A DNA stretch of 63,988 bases, the filler included, from an uncultured Methanoregulaceae archaeon (lineage in GTDB: Archaea > Halobacteriota > Methanomicrobia > Methanomicrobiales > Methanospirillaceae), in NCBI GenBank assembly GCA_964530035.1. It is 9 parts of 9 records of this genome, joined end to end, with 100 filler letters (N's around TTAATTAATTAA, not from the genome) between each part and the next. Parts side by side here need not be neighbours in the genome. Positions count along the whole stretch, not along the records: positions 1 to 7,868 come from CAZGXZ010000122.1; positions 7,969 to 15,736 come from CAZGXZ010000123.1; 7 more parts are not named here. One strand, 5' to 3'. Below are positions 1 to 10,690 of the stretch, in pieces. The position numbers were made by a program, and so were the translations under genes. The notes beneath the pieces were generated by a model, which did no database searches, was not told the origin of the DNA, and worked only from the letters and a program-made list of their open reading frames with translations. The first letter of the stretch is position 1, and each line of letters starts with the position of its first letter.

Positions 1-643
1 CGCCAAAGTCCCAGGACCAGGCCTCAGGAGAGCCTGCCGACTGGTCGGTGAAGGTTACGTAGAGGGGCATCGGGCCGCTTTCGGGGGCTGCGGAAAACCC
101 GGGAGCGAGAGACTTCGACGAGGTGATTACGACCTCCCCCCCGGGCGTGCGTGTCCCGGCCCGGGTCTGCGGCGTGAGTGTGGTGGCCATCCCGGTGTTC
201 AGGGGCCCATGAGTGTATGCAGGAGTGGGATGTATGGTCAGACCCGCGACGGGAGTCGTGGTCCATGTCGGGAGAGGGGGAGGGATTACCGGCCCCGTGG
301 ATCCGCTGCCTTCAAGGAGGGGGGGCAGCACTATGAACCCGAGCACTCCGATGATTACCACGAAGATCACCGCCAGCGCCGTTCTGGTGTGCACCGTTCC
401 ATGACGCCCGGGAACTGCTTCTCCAGGGGGAGGGATCACCGGCTGTCCCTGGTCACCTGGATCCGGGGAGGCGAGACCCTGCCCGGCCGTGCTCTCTTCC
501 ATTCCCCCCGGGCCTGTCTCCTGCCCTGCAGGAACCGGCGGGGGGATACCCTCACTGGCAGGTCCTCCTTCCGTGGAAGCACCACATAAAGGACAGAACA
601 ACGAGTCTTCAGGGATACTCCTTCCACACTGTGGGCAGAACAT
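1..643 (-). CDS. Zinc-ribbon + transmembrane + PKD-domain surface protein (3' end runs off window; not in ORF track)
   Basis: Manual translation from ATG at 643: MFCPQCGRSIPEDSLFCPLCG (zinc ribbon), Pro/Gly linker, TM ALAVIFVVIIGVLGFIVL, Pro/Thr stalk, then FSAAPESGPMPLYVTFTDQSAGSPEAWSWDFG (PKD signature). Confidence 0.85.
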   Translation of the reverse strand, partial: MFCPQCGRSIPEDSLFCPLCGASTEGGPASEGIPPPVPAGQETGPGGMEESTAGQGLASPDPGDQGQPVIPPPGEAVPGRHGTVHTRTALAVIFVVIIGVLGFIVLPPLLEGSGSTGPVIPPPLPTWTTTPVAGLTIHPTPAYTHGPLNTGMATTLTPQTRAGTRTPGGEVVITSSKSLAPGFSAAPESGPMPLYVTFTDQSAGSPEAWSWDFG

Positions 644-745
644 ATGAAGAGGGATCACCGGGGCGAATATAAACCATGAGGTGGGCGGATCCTGATCGCA
701 GGACTCCCCGGAGAAGGTTGGACGGGGCCACTCCTGCGGTTCCGG

Positions 746-1261
746 TCAGGTTTCTATCCTTTTTCCGCAGAACCTGCAGAAGGAGGTCCCGGGAAGGGTG
801 GGTTTCCCGCACATGCCACAGTATCGCATGGTGCCTGCAGGGGACAGCCCCGCACCACACTTCCGGCAGAACCGTGAACCTTCGCCGTTCGTGGTACCGC
901 ACGCCCTGCATACAAGAGCCCCGGCGACATGCCTTCCCGGGCCTGGCCGGTTTTCCCGGGTGCCGTCCGGTCCGGGGTCTCTGGAAATCCGCCGTGCGAC
1001 CGGGACCGAATGGACCACCGAAAAGACCACTTCACCGGCACCAAACCCGGTGGGTTCCCAGGTACCGTGCACCCTGTCGTGGATGAACCACCTCCCTGTT
1101 GCCGGGGACATGAGCCAGCGGTGGCCTTCCCGGGCAAAGGTCCACTGGCCGATGTCTCCGGGAGCCTCCCCGGGGGCTTTTCCCTCGCGGGCATGATACC
1201 TGGCTTCAATGGCTTCCTGGGCAGTCGGCCACGGTTTTTCTACCACGGTGACCACCCCCAA
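746..1261 (-). CDS. Double zinc-ribbon protein with Trp-rich N-terminal domain
   Basis: CRACG...FCRKCG and YCGMCG...FCRFCG (four CxxC); exact start uncertain. Confidence 0.75.
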   Translation of the reverse strand: MGVVTVVEKPWPTAQEAIEARYHAREGKAPGEAPGDIGQWTFAREGHRWLMSPATGRWFIHDRVHGTWEPTGFGAGEVVFSVVHSVPVARRISRDPGPDGTRENRPGPGRHVAGALVCRACGTTNGEGSRFCRKCGAGLSPAGTMRYCGMCGKPTLPGTSFCRFCGKRIET

Positions 1262-2778
1262 CTCCGGATCCAGAGGTCGGCAGTTCCTGGAGACGATGCG
1301 AAAGCGTTCCGAAACGCCCGCTCTCCCTCAGGGCCGCCCGGGGTCTCCATGCATTTTTTCAAAATCGCTTCTTCCGTAGACCTGCCAACCATCATGCCCC
1401 TGCCGGCCTCTTCGTTCCATGAGTCCACCCATTCCGGTTCGGTGACGATGTGTTCGTTTCTTCCTGCAAGTGCCCCCCAGTAATCAAGGACGAGCCGGCT
1501 CCCGTCATCGAGGACGACCCGCGTCGCGTCATGGTTGTACTCGACGATGATCTGCATCCAGCCGGCCAGGTCCGATGGTTCAAGGGGCGGTTTCCTGCTC
1601 ATGAGGACGGCCCCCAGCTCTCCACCCCTCCCTGCGGCCGCCCGGAACAGCTCGCGGGACCATTCCAGGCCCGACGGGCCTGCCCGTCCCGTTGACAGTA
1701 CCCTTCTCTCGTCCCAGAATGACGGGTCACAGGCGACCCGGGCCCAGTCCTTTTCAAGGTCCTGCACGGGGATGACATGGAAGCCAAGGGCCCGAAGACC
1801 GGCTACCTTCTTCCGGAATGCCGCGTCCAGGTCCCTGAAAGGGCTGCCAGGTCCTTCGACGGGTTCACCGGCTGCAAACAGGGACCGTGCGCACAGGAGG
1901 AATGCAACCACGGCCGGGGGGATACCTGCCAGCAGGAGTCCCGGGCCTGTCGCACAGAACAGTTCGTCAGGACAGGGGGCGGTCACCATGGAGCTTGCCA
2001 TGGCCGGAGCTATGCAGGATATCCCCATGACCAGCATGGCGGCGGCACCCGCTTCTGAAAGGACTCCGGGAGCCCGGCTTTTTTGTTCAGGGTCCCTCAT
2101 GATGGCATACGACAGGAGGCCACCGATGACCAGGGTCAGGCATGCCAAGGCATAACCCTGTACTTTCAGAAGAGTGGCCAGGAGGAATGAAACAATGAAC
2201 GGGGCGGAAATGCCAAGTATAACCCGGTAACCAGGCTGCAGCTTGTCTCTCATGCGTCCAAGCGGGACAAGCAGGGGGTCTGAAATGGGACGTGTGTATA
2301 TCAGGGCGGGTGGCATTCCGGCGATCAGGACGGGTGTCGCGAAGTCCGGTGCCCGTGTCCCGAGCCATGAAAAAAGAAACCAGATGACCGCACCTGCACA
2401 CCCGGCGGCAATCGAACAGAAGTCCCACCACTCCTGCGACCGCTTCCGGAGGGGGACATGGAGCCCTTCGGAGAGGAAGATCGTCCTTTCCTGAAGCGCC
2501 CGACCGAGCGGGTCCCTCCCTCTCCCCTCGGGAGGATGTACCCGGGGGCAGGACTCCTCTGGACCCGGCAGCCTGTTAGCCGGCGTTCCCGGGAGCCACT
2601 GGGAATAGTTCCAGGAAAGCCAGCCCCGGCCCGAACCATCAGGTCTCCACCAGGCCCCGTCAGGTCCCATAACAAGGAGCCTCCGGACCCGGGCCTCATA
2701 CGTGTCCCTGGTCAGTTCGCCGTTTTTCAGCTTCCTGTCAAGATCCAGACGCTTCTGCCGTGCCTGGTGAAAGTCCAC
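1240..2778 (-). CDS. Multi-pass membrane hypothetical protein (N-terminal Trp-rich domain, C-terminal soluble domain)
   Basis: Long ORF with ~6 hydrophobic segments; likely GTG start at 2778 (VDFHQARQK); overlaps next gene. Confidence 0.65.
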   Translation of the reverse strand: MDFHQARQKRLDLDRKLKNGELTRDTYEARVRRLLVMGPDGAWWRPDGSGRGWLSWNYSQWLPGTPANRLPGPEESCPRVHPPEGRGRDPLGRALQERTIFLSEGLHVPLRKRSQEWWDFCSIAAGCAGAVIWFLFSWLGTRAPDFATPVLIAGMPPALIYTRPISDPLLVPLGRMRDKLQPGYRVILGISAPFIVSFLLATLLKVQGYALACLTLVIGGLLSYAIMRDPEQKSRAPGVLSEAGAAAMLVMGISCIAPAMASSMVTAPCPDELFCATGPGLLLAGIPPAVVAFLLCARSLFAAGEPVEGPGSPFRDLDAAFRKKVAGLRALGFHVIPVQDLEKDWARVACDPSFWDERRVLSTGRAGPSGLEWSRELFRAAAGRGGELGAVLMSRKPPLEPSDLAGWMQIIVEYNHDATRVVLDDGSRLVLDYWGALAGRNEHIVTEPEWVDSWNEEAGRGMMVGRSTEEAILKKCMETPGGPEGERAFRNAFASSPGTADLWIRSWGWSPW

Positions 2779-2913
2779 CGGGAGTCCCTCCCTTCGGGTC
2801 TTTTCCGTACTGCACCTATTGCAGGGGGAGAGTATGAGAATGTTCCGGACCGGTGAACATCCCCCGGAACCGGGGATGGTTCCACGGGGGGGCCCGGACA
2901 CCGGCAGGGATCC

Positions 2914-3456
2914 TCACCCGCCCTCCCCGGGGGTCTGTCCGGGCCTGCAGGACGGGCAGAACCACTGCCGTTTCCCGTCAAGTTCATCCAGGCTGTTCGG
3001 GCTGAACATCACGCAGTGGCTGTCTGTGCAGTGGGAGAGCCCGGTGAGGTGCCCGGCCTCGTGGGCAGCCTCCTTGACGAGCCGCTCGAGGAGGGAGTCC
3101 GGGTCTTCCGGACGGTCATAGAACGCACCAGAAAGCCTGTACGAGGAGATTACCGCCACCTGTTCCTTGGGGCGGGCAAGACCGAAGACAAACTCCGAGG
3201 TCCCGTAGAAGAGGTCATGGCCGGTCACCATGAGGATGGGATTGAAAAGTCCCGAGCGCCTCCGGAACACTGCCAGGTTGTTGAGGATTGAACACGCGTC
3301 ATACTGGCGTCTCGAGCCGACATACCCGTTGCAGGCAACCGGGCTTTCGATAACCTCCGTCTCCCCGTCAAGGACCGTGGAAAGCCTCCGGGAAAAGGGA
3401 AGGGCGAGACCGCCAGGAGCCCCTGAGTCCCAAAAGATAAGGAGGCGCATTACCAT
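2914..3456 (-). CDS. amzA: Archaemetzincin (peptidase M54)
   Basis: HEAGHLTGLSHC..CVM..FCPSC metzincin + Cys4 motif. Confidence 0.9.
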   Translation of the reverse strand: MVMRLLIFWDSGAPGGLALPFSRRLSTVLDGETEVIESPVACNGYVGSRRQYDACSILNNLAVFRRRSGLFNPILMVTGHDLFYGTSEFVFGLARPKEQVAVISSYRLSGAFYDRPEDPDSLLERLVKEAAHEAGHLTGLSHCTDSHCVMFSPNSLDELDGKRQWFCPSCRPGQTPGEGG

Positions 3457-3467
3457 ACGGTATCTGG

Positions 3468-3887
3468 ATGGACGGGCATAAACATATTGAAAAGACGTTC
3501 GCGGAATATATTGCCTGCCATTACAGGAGACCGGTCGAGGTAGGGGTCGGCAGGAACTGGACCGCTGCCAGTCTGCTTGCAGAACGGGGCTTTCCGGTCG
3601 TTTGCACGGATATTCACCCCGCAGACCCGCCGGAGGGCGTATGTTTCGTGGCTGACGACATCTGGGAGCCGGATATCGCGAAGTACGGGCACGCCGATGT
3701 GATATTTGCGATACGGCCGGCCCCGGAGATGGTCCCGCCGATGCAGCGGGTTGCGGAGCGGGTGAATGCCGATCTCCTCGTGTACCACCTCGGCTTCGAG
3801 GTCTCCGGGGACGGCGGGGAGCTCTTGGACTGTGGTGTCCTCATCCACCGCTACCACCGTCGTCAAAACTCGAATAATGATGACTGA
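3468..3887 (+). CDS. UPF0146 family protein
   Basis: VEVGVG, DDIWEP, IFAIRPAPEM motifs. Confidence 0.85.
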   Translation: MDGHKHIEKTFAEYIACHYRRPVEVGVGRNWTAASLLAERGFPVVCTDIHPADPPEGVCFVADDIWEPDIAKYGHADVIFAIRPAPEMVPPMQRVAERVNADLLVYHLGFEVSGDGGELLDCGVLIHRYHRRQNSNNDD

Positions 3888-5323
3888 ACCTTTTTCTGGT
3901 CCTTTTTCGCCGGTGGCTTCTCCTCTGCATCCCCGGCTGGGGAACGCTCCCATCCCCGGGGTTCACGGGCATCGTCCAGGGCTGCTGTGGCGGCGGGCCC
4001 GCTTTCAGGCTTCTTCCCGGTCTTTGCGAGGGCTTTTTTCTCAAGCTTTTNNNNNNNNNNCTCTTCTTTCGCCCTGCGTTTCTCCTCGGCGTCACGTTCG
4101 GCCCTGACCGCCTTGACCGCTGCCTGGGCCTTTGCCTTGTCGGCGGTGAGGAGTTCAATCTCGTCCGCTCCGAACCCATAGGTCCGCACGAAGCCTGCCG
4201 GGTCGGCATCGGCGATGATACCGAGAGGCTGGATATACTCGTCCCGCACGAGCTGGTCGGACATATGGTTCCTCCTTGATATCCCTGCTATGACCGCCTG
4301 CCGTACGGCCTTCTGTTTCCGGCCAGACGCCATCCTCGACCACCGCGAAGGGGGCATGATCCTGGCGCGGATCCCGCACCCGCCGGTTGCAGCCCCGGCC
4401 CCGGGGAGCATGAGCGAGGTGGCGTACCGCCAGAGAGTGTAGTACTGGAGCCGGTAGGTCCTGCCTATATAGAGGTCGGCCTTTGAAAGGGCCTTGTAGG
4501 CTGCGGCGATCCTCCCGGGGTCTGACAGGTGCGAGAGGTTCGCCTCGATCCACTGGATGGTGGTGTCCGGGGACTCATCAAGGTCCCAGGACATTTTCAT
4601 GAGGTCATCATCGCTGACCCTGCCATACATACCGCTGATAAGGTCGAAGAGGGTCTTCCGTGCGTCCTTGCTGCCGGACCGGATGTCGGATGCTGAAAGA
4701 GCTTTCTTCCCGACCGCTGCGGCGTGGAGCATGGTGACCGCAGCCCGGATGTCTCCGCTGGCATGGGTCGCGATCTCCAGCAGGGCGTCATCTCCGCAGG
4801 CTATGCCCTCCCGGACACAGACGGACCTGAGATACGGGGGGAGCTGGCGTGCCTGGACCGCCCGGAACTGGACCGGCTCGCACAATGACCGTATCTCCTG
4901 GGAAACGCCGTAGAGGTCGTTGGCAATAAGGATGACCGGCTGGCGGGCACGGGCGATGACCGAGGCAATGGCTTTTACGCCCCCGCGGTCTGCCGTGCCC
5001 TGGATATTGTCAGCCTCGTCAAGCAGGATGAGCTTGCGTTCGGCCCCAAGAAGAGAACCGGTCGTGCTCCCCTCTCCCGCGATACGCTCGATGACCGCCC
5101 TGGTCCGCTGGTCACTCGCGTTGAGCTCGACCACCTCCCACCCGAGGTCCCGGGCGAGGGCGAGGGCACTCGAGGTCTTGCCTATCCCGGGTTTGCCGTA
5201 CAGGAGCAGGGGCTTGGCCTGGGGGTTCCAGCCCCGGGCCCATTCGACCATCCGGCGGATGGCCTCCCCGTTACCGACGACCTCACGGACATGCATCGGG
5301 CGGTATTTCTCGGCCCAGTCCAT
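3863..5323 (-). CDS. rfcL: Replication factor C large subunit (10-N gap at 4051-4060)
   Basis: WAEKYRP, Walker A GKPGIGKT, ELNASD, DEAD, C-terminal PIP box QSSLFEF. Confidence 0.95.
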   Translation of the reverse strand: MDWAEKYRPMHVREVVGNGEAIRRMVEWARGWNPQAKPLLLYGKPGIGKTSSALALARDLGWEVVELNASDQRTRAVIERIAGEGSTTGSLLGAERKLILLDEADNIQGTADRGGVKAIASVIARARQPVILIANDLYGVSQEIRSLCEPVQFRAVQARQLPPYLRSVCVREGIACGDDALLEIATHASGDIRAAVTMLHAAAVGKKALSASDIRSGSKDARKTLFDLISGMYGRVSDDDLMKMSWDLDESPDTTIQWIEANLSHLSDPGRIAAAYKALSKADLYIGRTYRLQYYTLWRYATSLMLPGAGAATGGCGIRARIMPPSRWSRMASGRKQKAVRQAVIAGISRRNHMSDQLVRDEYIQPLGIIADADPAGFVRTYGFGADEIELLTADKAKAQAAVKAVRAERDAEEKRRAKEEXXXXKLEKKALAKTGKKPESGPAATAALDDAREPRGWERSPAGDAEEKPPAKKDQKKVQSSLFEF

Positions 5324-5402
5324 GCTGATCCTTCGGCGGCAAATCAAATAAATTATCACTGATGAGACAGAAAATCCATAATCACACTTTTACGAGGAGG
5401 GC

Positions 5403-6416
5403 ATGGAACAGCATACCTGTGATACGGCATTCATCGCTGCTGCCGTACGGGACTATGAAGGAGTGCGACGGAAACAGGCGATCGGAGAGATGGTACGTGC
5501 CCTTAGAATCGAATCGCCCGACGTGGTCGCGTCCTTTGGGGAGGACGCGGCGGTGATCAGGCATAATGACAACGAGGCCCTTCTCTTTGCTGCGGACGGC
5601 ATATGGAGCCGGCTCATGGATGCTGACCCGTACTGGGCGGGCTACTGTTCCGTGCTCGTAAACATCCATGATATCGCGGCCATGGGCGGACGGCCGGTAG
5701 CCATGGTCGATGTTTTTTCCATTGCCAACCCGGCGATCATGGACCTTGTCATCAGGGGGATGCACGATGCATCGGCACAGTTCGGTGTTCCCATTGTGGG
5801 AGGTCACCTCCATCCTGACACCCCATACAGCGTCATCGATGTCTCCATCCTCGGTGTGGCGCCCCTCGATTCCATTATTTACAGTCACACCGCCTGTTCC
5901 GGAGACACCGTTATCGCTGCGATTGACCTGGACGGCAGGGTCCATCCGTCATGCTTCCTGAACTGGGACAGCGTCACCATGAAGCCCCCCAGAGTTGTCA
6001 GGGACCAGATCGGGATCATGGAGGAGATCGGCCGCCTGAAACTGGTCTCGTCAGGAAAGGACATCAGCAACCCCGGCATCATCGGGACCCTCGGGATGCT
6101 CCTCGAAGTATCAGAAAAGGGTGCGAAGATCGATCTCGACGCCATCCCCCGCCCCAACCTGAAGGCACTGGGGATGACCTTCGAGCAGTGGGTCAGGATG
6201 TATCCCGGGATGGGGTTCATCCTTACCGCCCGCCCTGGCAACGTGGATCGTATCGTCGAACTTTTCGCCTCGGTCGGGATGTCCGCTAAGGCTATCGGGA
6301 CGGTCGATGATACGAGATCACTCCACATAACCTACCAGGGTGCGGACAGCCAGGTCTTCGACCTGCTCCATAACGGGATCATGCACCTCTTTAATGGCAA
6401 GGAAGCATGCCTCTGA
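5403..6416 (+). CDS. Methanogenesis marker 2 protein (AIR synthase/PurM-like)
   Basis: GEDAAVI, VNIHDIAAMGG, GGHLHP, KDISNPG motifs. Confidence 0.9.
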   Translation: MEQHTCDTAFIAAAVRDYEGVRRKQAIGEMVRALRIESPDVVASFGEDAAVIRHNDNEALLFAADGIWSRLMDADPYWAGYCSVLVNIHDIAAMGGRPVAMVDVFSIANPAIMDLVIRGMHDASAQFGVPIVGGHLHPDTPYSVIDVSILGVAPLDSIIYSHTACSGDTVIAAIDLDGRVHPSCFLNWDSVTMKPPRVVRDQIGIMEEIGRLKLVSSGKDISNPGIIGTLGMLLEVSEKGAKIDLDAIPRPNLKALGMTFEQWVRMYPGMGFILTARPGNVDRIVELFASVGMSAKAIGTVDDTRSLHITYQGADSQVFDLLHNGIMHLFNGKEACL

Positions 6417-7156
6417 TCGGGATAGGCGCAGGAGAGGACGCCCGGCTGGTAGTCGAGGCTGCAGCGGCATGCAAGGACATCCGGGTCGCGCTATACGCAC
6501 AGCCCGGAACCATTCCGAATGATGTACCCGGCGTGAAGGTCATCGAGAGTGCACACCCGGAACACGACCTGGTGGACGACCTCTTCTCATCAGGGCTCGA
6601 TGCCGCTGTCCGCGGGACCCTCCCGGCGAACACGACACTGTCATACCTGAAGGAAAAGGCGGGGGTACCACATCTCGAACGTATCGCCCTGCTTGAGACT
6701 CCGGCAGGAAACCGGTTCCTGCTCGCCCCCGTGGGAGTCGATGAAGGCTGGACGGCACGTGACCAGGTCAGGCTGGTGGAACGGGCACGCGAACTCTGTC
6801 CCAGGTTCGGACTTCCCAAAAAAGTGGCCGTCCTGTCCGGCGGGAGGTATGGGGATATCGGTCGTCACAGCCGTGTCGACAGGAGTCTCGGCATCGCTGA
6901 GCTCGTCGCCAGGATTACCGGGAGTACACACTGTGAGATCCGCATCGAGGACGCCGTTCCCGGGTACGGTGTGATCATAGCTCCGGACGGGATCGCCGGG
7001 AACCTTGTCTTCAGGACCCTGACGTTCCTCGGAGGAGGTCGTGCCCATGGTGCGCCGGTCGTCAACATCAACCGCGTTTTCATCGACACTTCGCGCGCCT
7101 CCCGCGAGTACCTCCCGGCAATACGGCTTGCCTGTGCGCTTGTCCAGCCATTATAG
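6407..7156 (+). CDS. mtxX: Methanogenesis marker 4 / MtxX
   Basis: DAAVRGTL, APVGVDEG, SGGRYGDIGR, APDGIAGNL, DTSR. Confidence 0.9.
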   Translation: MPLIGIGAGEDARLVVEAAAACKDIRVALYAQPGTIPNDVPGVKVIESAHPEHDLVDDLFSSGLDAAVRGTLPANTTLSYLKEKAGVPHLERIALLETPAGNRFLLAPVGVDEGWTARDQVRLVERARELCPRFGLPKKVAVLSGGRYGDIGRHSRVDRSLGIAELVARITGSTHCEIRIEDAVPGYGVIIAPDGIAGNLVFRTLTFLGGGRAHGAPVVNINRVFIDTSRASREYLPAIRLACALVQPL

Positions 7157-7300
7157 CGTAATTTATTGACCAGTTCTTTCATTGGAGATAAATTCTCCTT
7201 CCTTTTGGCAATAGCAGACATTTGTCAGACACTTGTCCTCCTTACTCAGGAATATACATGCGAATACCCGTTTCATCGCCAAAACAGGTCGAGATCGCGA

Positions 7301-7312
7301 TATATTTAAATA
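7301..7312 (+). promoter_or_regulatory. Probable TATA box of histone gene
   Basis: TATATTTAAATA ~35 nt upstream of ATG 7346; GAGGT SD-like motif before start. Confidence 0.55.
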
Positions 7313-7345
7313 CCTGTCAAGAGATTTTTTGTTGAGGTAGTTACA

Positions 7346-7555
7346 ATGGCAGATTTACCTATTGCCGCAGTCGTGCGGATTGCGAAGAAAAATGGTGCCG
7401 AGAGGGTCGGCAGCGATGCAGCCGGGGCTCTTGTAGGGAAAGCTGAGGATTATATTGCAAACCTCACAAAGGAAGCAAACCGCCTTGCGTTACACGCGGG
7501 ACGGAAGACCATCAAGGAAGAAGATGTTAAGATGGCAGCGGAGAAATCCGCCTGA
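7346..7555 (+). CDS. Archaeal histone (HMf family)
   Basis: MADLPIAAVVRIAKKNGAERV...HAGRKTIKEEDV, 69 aa. Confidence 0.95.
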   Translation: MADLPIAAVVRIAKKNGAERVGSDAAGALVGKAEDYIANLTKEANRLALHAGRKTIKEEDVKMAAEKSA

Positions 7556-7868
7556 TCATCTTTCGCATGAAGGGTTTCTTTTCAGTGTTTTTCAGGTAAC
7601 GGTTCATTCCATCCGTTCCGATCGCTATTTACCACTCACAATGGCGGAGTCATAGTCAAACCTATCCCCAGGTTTCAGGGGCCGGTTTCTCTTACATTGG
7701 GGTATCTTTCCGGAAGAGTCGCTCCTTTCTTCGAATGCCGGCATGGCACGGCTTCTGGAGGTGATGGGGGTCATCATATTTCACAGCCACTCATTTGTAC
7801 CCGTGGTAAAAATGGCTTCTTCTCGCCATGACATGGTGCACCACATATAACCGGGCAGGAACGGTTTC

Positions 7869-7968
7869 NNNNNNNNNNNNNNNNNNNNNNNNNNNNNNNN
7901 NNNNNNNNNNNNTTAATTAATTAANNNNNNNNNNNNNNNNNNNNNNNNNNNNNNNNNNNNNNNNNNNN
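7869..7968. other. Artificial contig-join spacer
   Basis: N44-TTAATTAATTAA-N44 (stops in all six frames). Confidence 0.98.
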
Positions 7969-9302
7969 ACCCGGCGGGTTTCCGGTTCGTATTCCGCGAT
8001 GGAGTGAATGAACAGCAGGGCATTGTCCACTTTCCTCCTGATCATGAACTCCACGTTATAGGGCTTGTTGTGTTCAATGAGCTCTTTCATGGCATCGTCA
8101 AGCATGGACCTGCATTGAGGGAGGGGGAACTCCTGGACCTCCCTGATCGTATAGGAATCGCTGCGCAGTCCGTACAGGTCCCGTGCCCCGTCTGACGCCA
8201 CCACCGTCCCGTCATCCAGGTGGAACTCCCAGTGTCCGAACTGGGCGACCTTCTCTGCCCTGCGGAGCCTGGCATTCAGTTCCTTGACAGCATCGTCCAT
8301 CCTCTTGCGTTCCGTGATATCATGGATGACCCCGACCAGGTATTCCCGGCCGGAGGTATCAGTGTACATTGTCGAGGTTGATACAAGGGTACACTGGTTT
8401 CCGCCGGGCTGCGTTATCGTGACTTCCTCCTCACGGGGGGCATGGGTCCGGTATGCGGTCTCTACCATCTCCCAGTGGCGGTCGGCATCTTTTTTGGTAT
8501 AGAAATCACGATGGGTTTTTCCGAGGACCTCCTCGCGGGGTCGGCCCAGAAATTTGCTCATGCTGTCGTTCACGAGGACCAGGCGGTGGTCCCTGTCGAG
8601 GACGTATACGGGATACGCGATGGTGTTGATGATGGTATTCAGGTTCCTCTTCGACTCCACCTCGATTTCCAGCTGCATTTTCTCATTCCTGATACGTCGC
8701 TCCCTGTTCTCGTTCTGGAGGATGTAGCAGAAGATCCCTGTGGCGAAGGTTGTCATCACGATCATGGGAAGAGCGACATCAACAGCGACCGTGAGCACCG
8801 TCTGGAACGAGTCCCCTGAAACCGTCCGTATGACAAGGGCAAATGCGGAAATGGCAGTTTCGGTGACCAGGGTGACAAGAACGACGGCCGGGACAGAGGC
8901 CAGTTCCCGGTCGTTATACAGATAGACCATCCCCCCGATGACCCCTGCGACGAGCGGCCCGATGGCAACCGCATACACATTGGTACCACCCATGCTGAGC
9001 CGGTAGGCAAGACCAATGATTCCTGCCCCGATCCCGACATACGGTCCGCAGGCAAATCCTGCCATGATTGGGCCGAAGTCACGGATATTCACATTTGCCG
9101 TGTAGAAGGAGATGCCCGTGCTCATGCCATAGATGGAAAACAGTCCGAAAATGACTGCAAGTACCAGCTGGCTGAAAAACGATGCCCGGTGGCAGATGAC
9201 ATCCCCGTACAGCCGGCTCTTCGAGAGAAGGTATGCAAAAAGAAAAATGACGCATGCCATCTGGAATAAAAGAATGAGATCCCCGAAGAGGGTCGCCGCC
9301 AT
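7969..9302 (-). CDS. 5TM-LYT (LytS/YhcK-type) membrane sensor with PAS domains, truncated at contig end
   Basis: ANVNIRDFGPIMAGFACGPYVG 5TM-LYT motif, PAS/PAC repeats (DITERK). Confidence 0.85.
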
Positions 9303-9577
9303 ACAGAGAGATGTGTGGATTATTTAATGAATGTAGTGTAACAGATCGGGAAGCAGAAAGGGGGTACAGTCAGGGTTTTTTTGCATTCATGAGCGGATTG
9401 ACGGCAGATGGCGTTATACCGGGTGGTTTCCCACGGCCGCCGGCCCCTTGAGTGAACGGAACCGGGCTGTCTTCCAGGGCTCATGTATCCCCTCCTTTCA
9501 GGTCTGATGAAACCGGGTGATGTCACCGATAATGATCCCTGTATCCCCTGCAGGTGATTCTGTTGACGAGGTACCCC

Positions 9578-10339
9578 ATGTCTGATCCGTTATCTTCACG
9601 AAAACAACATTCAAATAGGCAAAAAATCAGGAAATGGATTCTTATCATCTCATTTTTCCTGATCCCGGTGACCATCTTCTACATATCACCCATTGTCATC
9701 CTCATGGGAGCTGCCGAAGGCATCGCGACTGGGAGCATGCTCCTTTTTATCCTGTTGTTCCTTCTTTCCCTGTTCGTTGCCCGTCTCTGGTGCGGGTGGC
9801 TCTGCCCGATGGGAGGATGGCAGGAGATCTGCTCGCCCGTCATCAGGCATACCGTCCGGGAAGGCTGGCGCAACTGGATCAAGTATGGAGTGACGGCCCT
9901 CTGGCTTGCCGTGATTGCCATTTCGGTCATCAACGCCGGCGGGATTCATACGGTTGATCCCCTGTACGGTACCGTGAACGGACTTTCCATCACGTCCCTG
10001 CCGGTCCTTATTGTCGTCTCGGTCATCTTTCTCATCATCACCGTGATAGCGTTCATCGCGGGAAGAAGGGGTTTCTGCCATGTATTCTGTCCCATCGCGG
10101 GAATCATGGTTGCAGGACGTAAAATCCGTAACCTCTTCAACTGGCCCGCACTTCACCTCGACGCAGACCCGGGGCGGTGTGTTGACTGCATGAAATGCTC
10201 AAAGGAATGCCCCATGGGCCTTGATGTGAACCGCATGGTTCGTGACGGCAGGATGGAAAATGCAGACTGTATCCTGTGCATGACCTGCGTGGACACCTGC
10301 CCTCAGGGAGCAGTCAGATCCGCCTGGTCAGGGCAATAG
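9578..10339 (+). CDS. Membrane 4Fe-4S binding protein (NapH/MauN-like)
   Basis: WCGWLCP, FCHVFCP, two CxxCxxCxxxCP motifs, TM helices. Confidence 0.85.
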   Translation: MSDPLSSRKQHSNRQKIRKWILIISFFLIPVTIFYISPIVILMGAAEGIATGSMLLFILLFLLSLFVARLWCGWLCPMGGWQEICSPVIRHTVREGWRNWIKYGVTALWLAVIAISVINAGGIHTVDPLYGTVNGLSITSLPVLIVVSVIFLIITVIAFIAGRRGFCHVFCPIAGIMVAGRKIRNLFNWPALHLDADPGRCVDCMKCSKECPMGLDVNRMVRDGRMENADCILCMTCVDTCPQGAVRSAWSGQ

Positions 10340-10690
10340 CTCCGTTGAGGTCCGTGTCCGGGATACTCCCGGTCCACGTTCCCTTCCTGGTGCCTTGTCC
10401 GGGATTGTCATGATCCCTCATGAAATACCCTGTGACATAAGGAAGATCCTCTCAGGGCTTGCTTGATATATACATGAACAGGAGTTCACACCCGGACCAT
10501 GAAAACCCCATCCAAAATCTTCTTTTTATGGCCCATTTTTAACATTTCATTGGAAATCCACCATATCTTCAATTGTATTCACCGCATTATGGGAGATCTC
10601 CATCAACGCTAATTCCGTTCACAGGAGCTCAACTGAGCCTTCATAGGGAGGAGTGCAGAGAAGGTTACTCCTCAGGCAGGGGCGGCTTCG

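Noticed and set aside
7913..7924. TTAATTAATTAA recurring every ~7.7 kb as a biological repeat
   Set aside because: Always centred in N-runs; a six-frame-stop assembly linker.
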